Origin: an uncultured Pseudomonadota bacterium
GTDB taxonomy: Bacteria > Oederibacteriota > Muellerivitia > Muellerivitales > Muellerivitaceae
Assembly: GCA_963836235.1 (NCBI GenBank)
Contig: CAWIIP010000002.1
Span: 1,728,001-1,792,000, forward strand
Length of the DNA: 64,000 nucleotides
Direction: 5' to 3'
This document shows positions 1 to 8,817 of the stretch, piece by piece. Every line of letters starts with the position of its first letter. Within the stretch, counting starts at the first letter, position 1. The translations under genes and the position numbers were made by a program. The notes below the pieces were generated by a model. The model ran no database searches. It saw nothing but the letters and a program-made list of their open reading frames with translations, and had not been told where the DNA came from.

Positions 1-2
1 AT

Positions 3-431
3 ATTAGCAGTGCCTCAAATAGTGGCAGCTTAATTGGGGATAGTACAATGATCGATAATGAAGGGGATCAGAACACTTTTTATGTTAATTATTCGGGTAT
101 TGCAGATGGAGATTGGTCTCTTATCATTTATCCACAGATACCTTCTTCACATTCGCGGAGGACTTCGACAGTTGCTTCAGTTGCCAACCCCGATACCCAA
201 GGGCCGACTGATCTGAATGTCAAAGCGGTCTCTTCTGAAATATCCATCCAATTGAAGAAGATCCATGCCAATCAAAGGGCAGGGAACATAACGCTCGCCC
301 AGGCTAAGGTGGCCAGGACTAAAGTTTTTGCCGTTCTCAAGCAACAGATTCGTTTTTTCAGACAAAACCACGGAAGAACATTTACGGACGACCAGAAAAA
401 TCAATTGGAACAGATGCTTCTTCAAAAGTGA
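3..431 (+). CDS. 5'-truncated hypothetical protein (C-terminal part), AT-rich
   Basis: Frame is open from the window edge (att agc agt ...) through ATG48 to TGA431; Ser/Thr linker followed by a basic helical C-terminal region. Confidence 0.6.
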   Translation: MSSASNSGSLIGDSTMIDNEGDQNTFYVNYSGIADGDWSLIIYPQIPSSHSRRTSTVASVANPDTQGPTDLNVKAVSSEISIQLKKIHANQRAGNITLAQAKVARTKVFAVLKQQIRFFRQNHGRTFTDDQKNQLEQMLLQK

Positions 432-491
432 ATTTAACAACGGAACCAACGTTCAAAATCTTAAACCAAATTTAATTTTAGACAATCCTTA

Positions 492-1565
492 TCACCCCAT
501 CGTGGGATAATCGGTATAACCCTTTTCATCGCCGCCGTAATAAGTGGCTGGATCAGCGGGATTGAGTAGGGCTTTTTGGTCGAACCGTTTGGGTAAATCC
601 GGATTCGCCAGAAAAAGTGTTCCATAAGACACCAAGTCGGCCCCGCCATTTTCAACGATCTCATTTCCCAATTGGGCGTCATAGCCGCCATTCACCATAT
701 AGGCCTGCTGGAAAATTTTTCTCAAAAGCGGTGTCAAAAGGATGGTTCCAGCGGGAGGTTTTCTCGGTCCGGCGGCCCCTTCGGCGATACAGAGATAAGC
801 CAGCTTGAGCCGGTTGAGTTCCCGGGCGAGGTGGGTGAAGGTTTCCACGGGGTTGGCGTCGGACATGGAATAGTGGTCGAAATAGGGGGCAATCTTGTAC
901 CCCACCCTTTCCGGGCCCCAAACGCCGATGACCGCGTCGGCCACTTCCAGCGGAAAGCGCAGGCGGTTCATCAGGCTTCCGCCATAGGCGTCGGTCCGGT
1001 GGTTGGAGCCGGTCTTGGTGAATTGATCCAAAAGATAGCCATTGGCGCCATGGATCTCGACGCCGTCAAAGCCCGCCGCCATGGCGTTTTGGGCCCCTTT
1101 TCTGAATTCTTCCACCACTTGTGGAATTTCCACAAAATCCAGGGCCCGGGGCGTCTCGATTTTCTTTTTTCCCAGGGGTGTGAAAAGCTCGCCCACCACG
1201 GGGAGTGCGGAAGGAGCGACCGGCAGCTTGCCGCCGTGAAAATCGGGATGGGAAACCCGGCCCACGTGCCAAAGCTGGAGAAATATCCTGCCGCCGGCCT
1301 GGTGGACGGCGTCGGTGACTTTGATCCAGCCCTTGACCTGATCGTCCGAATGGATGCCGGGAGTGTTGGGATAACCCTGGCCCATGGGGGTTACTTGCGT
1401 GGCCTCCGAGACGATGAGCCCCGCCGAGGCCCTTTGGGAGTAGTAGGTCACGGCCAGGGGATTAGGCACGTTGCCTTCCACCGCCCGGCAGCGGGTGAGG
1501 GCCGACATGGTCATCCGGTTGGGAAGTTCCAGCGGGCCCAGCTTGTAAGGGGATAAAAGTTTCAT
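492..1565 (-). CDS. nemA: Old yellow enzyme family FMN-dependent alkene reductase (NemA-like)
   Basis: LPNRMTMSALTR start, QLWHVGR, GFDGVEIHGANGYLLDQF, NHRTDAYGGS, C-terminal YYGGDEKGYTDYP. Confidence 0.93.
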   Translation of the reverse strand: MKLLSPYKLGPLELPNRMTMSALTRCRAVEGNVPNPLAVTYYSQRASAGLIVSEATQVTPMGQGYPNTPGIHSDDQVKGWIKVTDAVHQAGGRIFLQLWHVGRVSHPDFHGGKLPVAPSALPVVGELFTPLGKKKIETPRALDFVEIPQVVEEFRKGAQNAMAAGFDGVEIHGANGYLLDQFTKTGSNHRTDAYGGSLMNRLRFPLEVADAVIGVWGPERVGYKIAPYFDHYSMSDANPVETFTHLARELNRLKLAYLCIAEGAAGPRKPPAGTILLTPLLRKIFQQAYMVNGGYDAQLGNEIVENGGADLVSYGTLFLANPDLPKRFDQKALLNPADPATYYGGDEKGYTDYPTMG

Positions 1566-1566
1566 G

Positions 1567-1602
1567 AAGTCTCCTGGACGTTAAAAATAAAACAGGAGAC
1601 TT
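1567..1602 (-). promoter_or_regulatory. Perfect 10-bp inverted repeat covering the SD of the OYE gene
   Basis: AAGTCTCCTG (1567-1576) / CAGGAGACTT (1593-1602); one arm contains AGGAG just upstream of the ATG. Confidence 0.5.
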
Positions 1603-1716
1603 TTATACAGACCTATCCTTTGGATTGCTACCAAGAGTATCGAGAAAGGGGTAACGGGCGGGTAACCGCTCTCTTCAGCCATAAAGGCCAAACCGAGACT
1701 TTGTATTTAAGCCGTC

Positions 1717-3336
1717 TCACGCCGGCACCGGCTCCAGGACCCCGGGGTAGCCCTCCTTGATACGAAAGTCGCCTTCCCTTTCCAGCTTTTTTACGTCCAT
1801 CTCCAGCCTCTTCAGGACGATATCCCGGAATTTCTGGAAATGGAGGTAAAGGGCCATGAGGGAAAGGGCGTCGCGGAAGGCCATGGGGTTTTTCCACAAG
1901 GTTACTCCCAGCACTCTCCAATAATGGTATCCGGTGGAGGGCTTGGCCATCATCCGAATGGAAAGTTTGAGGATGGCCTGCAAGTCATTGAAGATGTTCA
2001 AGGAGTTGAAATGCTGGCGCCTTTTTTTCGCGTTGAGCATCAGGCAACTGCGCAGGACCCTGCTAAAGTACTTCTTGGGCGTGAGTATCTCCTTCACGAT
2101 CCGTCCATAATCTTTGAGGATATCCAGTCGGGGACGGGTGGTGATGAAGTTCAAGCCGCTGACGCATTGGTCCCCGGTCCCGTCCATGGGGGTCTCGAAA
2201 CCCTCGTCGAGGCGGCCTTCCTTCTTTAAGCGCCGGGTGAGCTGGGTGTTGGGGACAGCCATCATCAGTCCCACCATGTTGACCGCGATATTGGTTTCCT
2301 CGATGTTGTCCAACATCCTCTGGGCTATGTCGGCCTTTTCCCCGTCGAAGCCCACGATATAACCCGCCATCACGATCAAACCGTGGCGATTGAGTTTGTG
2401 AATGCTCTCGGCGATGGAGCGGTTGGTGTTTTGCCGTTTTTGGGTCATCAAGAGGGTTTCCATGTCCGGCGTCTCGATGCCGGTGAACATCCAGGTGAAA
2501 CCCGCTTCCTCCATGAGACTCATCAGGTCCTCGTCATCGGCCAGGTTGAGAGAAGCCTCGGTGCTGAAATCGAAGGGCCAGTCGTGCCGCTTCTGCCATT
2601 CGATGAGGGCGGGAAGCAGGATCTTGACGGCTTTCTTGTTTCCAATGAAATTATCGTCCACGATGCCCACTTGTCCCCGGTAGCCGAGGTCGAAGAGAGC
2701 CTGGAGTTCTGTCTCCAATTGAACGGTGGACTTGCCCCGAGGAACCCGGCCGAAAAGCTCGATGATGTCGCAGAACTCGCACATAAAGGGACAGCCGCGG
2801 TTCCATTGAATGCTTAAATTGAGGTAGTTGGAAAATTTCAACAAATCGAAACGTGGCGTGGGGGAGGTTTTCATGTCGGCCTTGCGTTCCCCCGGCTCGT
2901 AAGCGTGCCGGGCCTTGTTTTCAGCGAAATCCGCCAAAAATTCCGGCATCGTCACTTCGGCCTCGCCCAAAATCAAGTGGCTGGCCTTGTCATAAAGGTG
3001 GGGGCTGGAGGTGGCGTCAGGGCCGCCGACAATAACGGTTTTACCCAAGCCCCGGAAGTAATCGATGAGGCGCAGATGTTCTTTTTGCTGGAAAATTTGA
3101 CCGCCAATAAAGATGAGGCCGGCCCATTCGACGTCCTTGGGCCTCAGTTTTTCGACATTCATGTCGTTGAGCCGGATATCCCATGAGGGAGGCAGCATGG
3201 CGGCCACGGTCATTAATCCTAAAGGGGCCTCGGGGTACTTGGCGCCGACCAGCTCACAGGCATCACGGAAATTCCAAAAGGATTGGGAGGTGAAACGGGG
3301 ATAAACGAACAAACAACGCTGTGGTGTGGAAATCAT
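1717..3336 (-). CDS. B12-binding radical SAM protein (DUF4070-type C-terminus)
   Basis: N-terminal cobalamin-binding domain (PLGLMTVAAMLP, VGGPDATSSP); RGCPFMCEFCDI CxxxCxxC motif; DDNFIGN. Confidence 0.9.
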   Translation of the reverse strand: MISTPQRCLFVYPRFTSQSFWNFRDACELVGAKYPEAPLGLMTVAAMLPPSWDIRLNDMNVEKLRPKDVEWAGLIFIGGQIFQQKEHLRLIDYFRGLGKTVIVGGPDATSSPHLYDKASHLILGEAEVTMPEFLADFAENKARHAYEPGERKADMKTSPTPRFDLLKFSNYLNLSIQWNRGCPFMCEFCDIIELFGRVPRGKSTVQLETELQALFDLGYRGQVGIVDDNFIGNKKAVKILLPALIEWQKRHDWPFDFSTEASLNLADDEDLMSLMEEAGFTWMFTGIETPDMETLLMTQKRQNTNRSIAESIHKLNRHGLIVMAGYIVGFDGEKADIAQRMLDNIEETNIAVNMVGLMMAVPNTQLTRRLKKEGRLDEGFETPMDGTGDQCVSGLNFITTRPRLDILKDYGRIVKEILTPKKYFSRVLRSCLMLNAKKRRQHFNSLNIFNDLQAILKLSIRMMAKPSTGYHYWRVLGVTLWKNPMAFRDALSLMALYLHFQKFRDIVLKRLEMDVKKLEREGDFRIKEGYPGVLEPVPA

Positions 3337-3650
3337 GCAAGTTCCTTTTCAGAAGGCTGGAGGAACAAAAGGGATCTAGCATGAATGCGAGACGCGATGA
3401 GAACGCAACAACCGACTTTGATTTAGTATCTGATTAGAGAATAGGAACATTTATGGGAATAAGCAAATAAGAACGGCGCATTAATGGAAAATAGTGGGCG
3501 GTACCTTTAACTGGACTATCACTTTGAGAACCCTAATTGGGACAAAAACAGGCAAGTGTGCTCAAGAATTCATGAAAGTTGAACTCCTTTGCCGTTCTAG
3601 ACTGCGGATAAAAGGAGTTTTAAAAAGGTTAAGCCAGCAGGTAAAACTGT

Positions 3651-4151
3651 TTAAGGCTTGGCTAAGGTGGATAAGTAAGGGGAAGTGATTTGATGGCAAT
3701 GAACGCAGGCCGCCAGTGTTTCGCCGTACATTTTCTGGAAAGCGATGGAATCGTGGTTTTGAATTGCTTTTCCCAAAGGCTCGATCCGCGATTGGAGGGT
3801 GGAATTCAAGCCGTCCGAAATATCCACGCTGTTCCTGATGAAGCGCAGGCTTCCGGCGGCTTCCATGGCATTTTTTAGTTCTTCCAGCTCAAAACCCGCC
3901 GAATCCCAGTTCCGGGCCTTTCCGGCGAGACTGAGATGGGCCATGTGGGTTTGCATGGCCATCATGTCCATGAGAAAACCCGGGGCGGGTTGTTGAAAGG
4001 AACTCGATTTATCGGCGAAGGCCAGGGCTTTCCGGTGATTTAGATAAGTTTGAAATTCCTTGAGAAGCAAAATCAAAACGAACATGAGTGCGGCCCCCGC
4101 GATGAACCCGTATCTTTTTTTCTTTCGTGAAGAAGCCATTCTTTTCCTCAA
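3651..4151 (-). CDS. Membrane-anchored/exported helical c-type cytochrome (class II-like)
   Basis: N-terminal TM segment, amphipathic helices, single C-terminal CVHCH heme motif; overlaps the upstream MFS stop by 4 nt. Confidence 0.65.
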   Translation of the reverse strand: MRKRMASSRKKKRYGFIAGAALMFVLILLLKEFQTYLNHRKALAFADKSSSFQQPAPGFLMDMMAMQTHMAHLSLAGKARNWDSAGFELEELKNAMEAAGSLRFIRNSVDISDGLNSTLQSRIEPLGKAIQNHDSIAFQKMYGETLAACVHCHQITSPYLSTLAKP

Positions 4152-5422
4152 ATTGAAGTTTTATTCCCCGGGTGACGGCCCAGAAAATAAACGGTGGCGG
4201 CCCCACAAGCGCAGAAAAGCCCGCCCGCCTGCAGGGCGTGGCCCGAGCCCATTTTTTGGGCGATGACCCCCATCCAAAAACTGCCGATGGGCATGCCCCC
4301 GCCGAAAACCAGGGCCCAGATGCCCATCAGGCGCCCCCGGAGCTCGTTGGGTGATTCGGTTTGGATCAGGCTGTTGCCGACGGAAAAAAACAGCACCAAC
4401 CCGAATCCGGCGAAAAACAGGAAGAAGGCGGCACCCACAGGAGCGTGCTGGAAGCCGAAAAGAATAATCGAAAAGCTGAAGATGGACGCGCCAACGTAAA
4501 GACTTCGTTCCTTGACCAACACCGCTCCCATGGTCGCCACCGTCAGGGCCGCCACGCAAGCGCCCAGGCCGGTCATGGCCAGAAGCCATCCATAAGTCGA
4601 GGAATCCATCCCCAATTGGACCCGCACGAAAGCGGAGATTTGGGAAATATAGGCCCAGCCCCCCAGGCTCAGCACAAAAAGAAGGGACACCGCGCGGCCC
4701 ACTTTCGGATTTTTTTTGAGGTAACGGAATCCTTCCAGAAGGCGCCCCAAGCCCTTCATGGAGGGCTTGGGAACGAAGGGCGGCAGTTGGATGCGGTAAA
4801 TGGCGTAAAGCACGGCGACGTAGCTGGAGGCATCCAGGAAAAAACACAAGCTGGGGCCCAAAGCCGTCAGGAGGCCGCCGAGGGCGTAACCGATGACGCG
4901 GGTGGAATTGACCATGGCGCTGTTGAGGGCGATGGCGTTCACCAGGTCCCTTTTGCCCACCAATTCAATGATCAAGGACTGCCGCGCGGGCATCTCAAAG
5001 GCCGTGGACAGGCCCCAACAGGCGGAGAAGAAAAAAAGGATACCGATGCTCACGCTGCCTTTGAGAAAAAGGAGGGCGATCAAGAGCGAGGATAGAAGGG
5101 AAAACCAGCTGGTGAAGGTGAAAATCCTAATCTTCGGCAGGCGGTCGGCCAAGAGCCCCGAGTAAGTGGAGAAAAGCAGGATCGGGAGGGAATTCAGGGT
5201 GAAGGTCAATCCCAGCATGAATTCGGAATGGGTCACCTGGAAGGCCAGCCATCCCAAGGCCGTCGAGCGGGCCCAAGTGCCGATCAAGGAAAGGGCTTGG
5301 CCAGCGTAAAAGTAACGGTAATTGACGTTGCGAAAGGCCACAAAAGTCTTACGCCAGCCCTTCACCGGAATCAAACCCTCTTCCAGGGTGTCGGGTAGAT
5401 TTAAGATTTTGGAATCTTCCAT
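4148..5422 (-). CDS. MFS transporter (MFS_3-like)
   Basis: About 12 TM segments; FRNVNYRYFYAGQALS, GLLADRLPK, PARQS, ELRGRLMG motifs. Confidence 0.9.
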   Translation of the reverse strand: MEDSKILNLPDTLEEGLIPVKGWRKTFVAFRNVNYRYFYAGQALSLIGTWARSTALGWLAFQVTHSEFMLGLTFTLNSLPILLFSTYSGLLADRLPKIRIFTFTSWFSLLSSLLIALLFLKGSVSIGILFFFSACWGLSTAFEMPARQSLIIELVGKRDLVNAIALNSAMVNSTRVIGYALGGLLTALGPSLCFFLDASSYVAVLYAIYRIQLPPFVPKPSMKGLGRLLEGFRYLKKNPKVGRAVSLLFVLSLGGWAYISQISAFVRVQLGMDSSTYGWLLAMTGLGACVAALTVATMGAVLVKERSLYVGASIFSFSIILFGFQHAPVGAAFFLFFAGFGLVLFFSVGNSLIQTESPNELRGRLMGIWALVFGGGMPIGSFWMGVIAQKMGSGHALQAGGLFCACGAATVYFLGRHPGNKTSI

Positions 5423-5432
5423 GAATTTTCCC

Positions 5433-6659
5433 TCAAAGCGGTTCGGTATAGTCCAAGTCGGTGCCGTAGGTTTCCTTGAGATTCCTCAAGGCCAGGAAAG
5501 CGATCACCAGCACTCCCGAGCCTATCCAGGCGGTCGACCCCAGGGCCCCCCAGGCGGGCGTCAGGCCCTTAAAGGCCAGGGTCAAAAGAATGGCGGATCC
5601 CCTCACGAAATTGGGAGCGGTGGTGGTGACCGTGGCGCGGATATTGGTGCCGAATTGTTCTGTCAGGGAGACGATGGCCACCGCCCAGTAACCCGCGGAA
5701 AAACCTAGGCCTAAACAGAAACCATAAAAAACTCGCAGTGAAATACCCGCCCAGAGATGGAAAGCAATAATCATTAAAGAATTGAGGACAAGAAAGGAAA
5801 AGATCACTTTTTTACGGTTTTTAAAAATCTGGCTTAAGGCCCCGCTGACGAAGTCTCCGGCCGTAAGGCCCAGATAAGCGAAAAAGATCGATTGTCCTGC
5901 GGCGGGAAGAGGGGTCAAACCGAAGGATTGGCCGATCTCTGGGGAAAAGGTCATCAAAATCCCCGCCACATACCAAACCGGCAGGGCCGCCAGCACGAAG
6001 CTGAAGTAGAGGGTGCCTTTTCTTCGCGAAGTAAAAAGACTGAAGAAGTTTCCACGTTCCACGGGCTTAGCCAATAACTGCCGGAAAATTCCCGATTCGT
6101 AAACCCCCAGGCGCAGGACCAAAAGCACCAAGCCCATTCCGCCGCCGACGAAAAAAGAGACACGCCAGTCAAAGGCCTGGCCCACGAGGCAAGCCACCGC
6201 CACCCCCGTCACGCCGGTGGTGGCGATGACGGTCGTGCCCCATCCCCGGGATTCCTTGGACATGATCTCGGAAACCAAAGTGATTCCCGCACCCAATTCC
6301 CCCGCCAGGCCGACGCCAGCCAGGAAACGAAGCCAACGGTAGGCTTCCACGCTTTCCACGAACCCATTGGCAATGTTGGCGATGGAATAAAGAAGGATGG
6401 AACCGAATAAAACCGAAAGCCGGCCCCTCTTGTCCCCCAGGACCCCCCAAAAGATTCCGCCGAGCAGGAGTCCGATCAATTGCCAATTCAACAGTTCCAC
6501 CCCCAAACCGAAGACATCCGAGGCCGCCACGCCGATTCCCAATAGACTTTTCGTGCGGATGATGGAAAAAAGCATGATGTCATAGGCGTCGACGAAATAG
6601 CCGAGGGCGGCCACGAAGACGGCGAGAGCGATTTTGGGGGGCATGCCGAATTTGGACAT
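5433..6659 (-). CDS. MFS transporter
   Basis: VAALGYFVDAYD, GVLGDKRGRLSVL motif A, RFLAGVGLAGE, EQFGTNIRAT. Confidence 0.9.
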   Translation of the reverse strand: MSKFGMPPKIALAVFVAALGYFVDAYDIMLFSIIRTKSLLGIGVAASDVFGLGVELLNWQLIGLLLGGIFWGVLGDKRGRLSVLFGSILLYSIANIANGFVESVEAYRWLRFLAGVGLAGELGAGITLVSEIMSKESRGWGTTVIATTGVTGVAVACLVGQAFDWRVSFFVGGGMGLVLLVLRLGVYESGIFRQLLAKPVERGNFFSLFTSRRKGTLYFSFVLAALPVWYVAGILMTFSPEIGQSFGLTPLPAAGQSIFFAYLGLTAGDFVSGALSQIFKNRKKVIFSFLVLNSLMIIAFHLWAGISLRVFYGFCLGLGFSAGYWAVAIVSLTEQFGTNIRATVTTTAPNFVRGSAILLTLAFKGLTPAWGALGSTAWIGSGVLVIAFLALRNLKETYGTDLDYTEPL

Positions 6660-6755
6660 GGATTCCTAGGGGGTTATTTGATTTATAACGGTAATGCCCT
6701 CATTTAAACTGTTGGGGAAGGGGATTGCAAACCAAAAAGTCCCAAGGAGCCGGTT

Positions 6756-8813
6756 TTGAGGAAAAAGGAAGAGGCCCATTATGGGTCGAGTTTTTCTTGG
6801 CTGATCCTGGGTTTTTTAACCGCCTCCCATTTTTTATTGTCCTACTGCCCTTTTTCAAATCCATTGAAAATCTTTATTTTCATTCTGGGACTCTTGTTGC
6901 CGCTTGGCGCTTGGGCGGTGAAAACCAAAAGAGCCGAAACGGAGAAAATACCTTTCCACCAGCAGGAATTCCTGCCGTCCATTCCGCCAGGAGTGTGGAT
7001 AGCCCTCATGGGGGCCGCGCTCTTCCTGAGATTTTGGAAAATCGGCACTTTATTCCTTTGGCCCACGGGAGATGAGGGCCTAAGCGGCGCGGCAGCGCTT
7101 GATCTGAGCCGGAAATGGAACTGGGATTTTTTTTACAGCTCAGGCCAAAGTCCCCCGGTTTTAAACTGGATTTGCGGCCTCTTCTTCAAGTTTTCAAGCC
7201 ATGTTTTCCTTAATCTTTGGCTTCCCCCCGCCCTTTTTTCGGGTTTGGCGGTTCTTTTGGGTTATCTGGCCGCCCGGCAATTTTTTTCCAAATCATTTTC
7301 CTTTCTTTGCGCGGGATTCTTGGCTTTGAGTTACTGGCCTCTTTATTTGGGAAGGCTTTGTCTGCAGGGGGTCCTCATGCCCCCCTGGGAATTATTCACG
7401 TTTTTTTGCCTTGGGAAATTTCTGGGCACGTCCGATTCCCGAAAAAGTGGTTGGGCCTTTGGATTGGGACTTTGTACCGGGCTCCACAGCCTTATTTTCG
7501 TCACTTGGCCTGTCGTCATGGCGGCGGTAGCCATCGTGGTTCAAAGGGCTTCCGGGTGGTCACGAAATCTATTGGCCTGGTTTTCAGCCGGTGTCTTCTT
7601 GGGGCTGGCCCCTTTCCTCTTGGCCGTCTTTCAAAAAGGCTATGGCCAACATTTGATCGAAGTTTCAATAGGAAGCCCTTTCTTTCACGGATCGGATTTT
7701 TTACCGGTGGCTGGAGGATACCTAAGTGTCCTTTTATGGGGAACCTTTGGCCAGGGCGGATTTTATATCCCGACCCTGGGCGGGTTCCTGAATCCCTTAC
7801 TGGGAGCCTTCTTTTGCCTAGGCCTCGTGGAGTTTTACCGCCGCCGTTCCTCCGCCATGGAGAAATGGACCCTGGCAGCGGTTGTTCTATTTCTCCTTCC
7901 GGGCTGGATTTCCTTGAATGTGGAAGGCTTCCGTATCGTCCAGCTGATGCCACTTGTTTTGTTGGTAACCGCTTGGGGGCTGGCCTCTTTTTTGAAACTG
8001 CTCGCGCCCTCCCAGCGAATTTGGGTGACCGTTCTATTTCTGGTTTTCACGGCGCTGTTCGATTTCGCGCGCCTAACCATGCCCTACCAGGAAATAGCCG
8101 GCCATCCGCAAAGGTTCCTTCAAACCTCGAAATCCTTGGCCCGTTACCGGGCCTATGGAATGCTGGAAAAACTGGAACAGGCGGAAGGTCCGGGGATTGT
8201 GCTGGGCGAATGGGACATTCCCGCCGACAGAACACTTGAGGCCACCACTTATTTCTTTAACACGGCTTTCAACGCTTCATTAGATTTTAGCCGGTCACGA
8301 TGGCTTGCCCTTTTGACTGACCGGCATTACTACCCTTTCCTTGAAAAAAGGTTTCCCCAGGCCCAATTCACCGATTTGGACGGGGATTTTTCCAAGGATG
8401 GAAACCGGATGCTGGTGGTCCTTCAGGATTCCCCCGAAAACCAGGGAACATTCCAACGATGGGCCCGTGCCGACCCGGCCTTCCGGGATCTGAACTGGGG
8501 GATCGATCACGTTCATGACCGGGATTGCCTGGCCAGGGTCGACCAGGATATTCACAAGGATTATCCCTTGGTTCAAGGCGATCCTTTTCTGCAATCGGCT
8601 TATTGGGAAAAGGCCGCTTTTTTTTATTATTACTATAGCGGCCATTATCCGGAGCATTTGAGGGCGCTTCAATTGGCCGTCGAGAGGGGTTACCCGGCGG
8701 CCCATTTACACGCCGAATTGGCGGAACTTTATCAACTGGGGGGACAAAGCGTTTTAGCACGGGAGGCTTCCCAAAAGGCGCGGCAGTCGGAAACCGCCTA
8801 TCCCTGGCGCTAA
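6756..8813 (+). CDS. GT-C fold membrane glycosyltransferase (ArnT/PMT-like) with TPR-like C-terminus
   Basis: LRFWKI...WPTGDEG acidic loop after the early TMs, 11-13 TMs, C-terminal helical region (AVERGYPAAHL). Confidence 0.75.
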   Translation: MRKKEEAHYGSSFSWLILGFLTASHFLLSYCPFSNPLKIFIFILGLLLPLGAWAVKTKRAETEKIPFHQQEFLPSIPPGVWIALMGAALFLRFWKIGTLFLWPTGDEGLSGAAALDLSRKWNWDFFYSSGQSPPVLNWICGLFFKFSSHVFLNLWLPPALFSGLAVLLGYLAARQFFSKSFSFLCAGFLALSYWPLYLGRLCLQGVLMPPWELFTFFCLGKFLGTSDSRKSGWAFGLGLCTGLHSLIFVTWPVVMAAVAIVVQRASGWSRNLLAWFSAGVFLGLAPFLLAVFQKGYGQHLIEVSIGSPFFHGSDFLPVAGGYLSVLLWGTFGQGGFYIPTLGGFLNPLLGAFFCLGLVEFYRRRSSAMEKWTLAAVVLFLLPGWISLNVEGFRIVQLMPLVLLVTAWGLASFLKLLAPSQRIWVTVLFLVFTALFDFARLTMPYQEIAGHPQRFLQTSKSLARYRAYGMLEKLEQAEGPGIVLGEWDIPADRTLEATTYFFNTAFNASLDFSRSRWLALLTDRHYYPFLEKRFPQAQFTDLDGDFSKDGNRMLVVLQDSPENQGTFQRWARADPAFRDLNWGIDHVHDRDCLARVDQDIHKDYPLVQGDPFLQSAYWEKAAFFYYYYSGHYPEHLRALQLAVERGYPAAHLHAELAELYQLGGQSVLAREASQKARQSETAYPWR

Positions 8814-8817
8814 AACA

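Noticed and set aside
128-136. DnaA box TTATCCACA
   Set aside because: Single copy inside a coding region, with no cluster to suggest oriC
3337-3650. Cobalamin riboswitch upstream of the B12 radical SAM gene
   Set aside because: No B12-box or other conserved riboswitch motifs seen, only a 9-bp hairpin at 3582-3619
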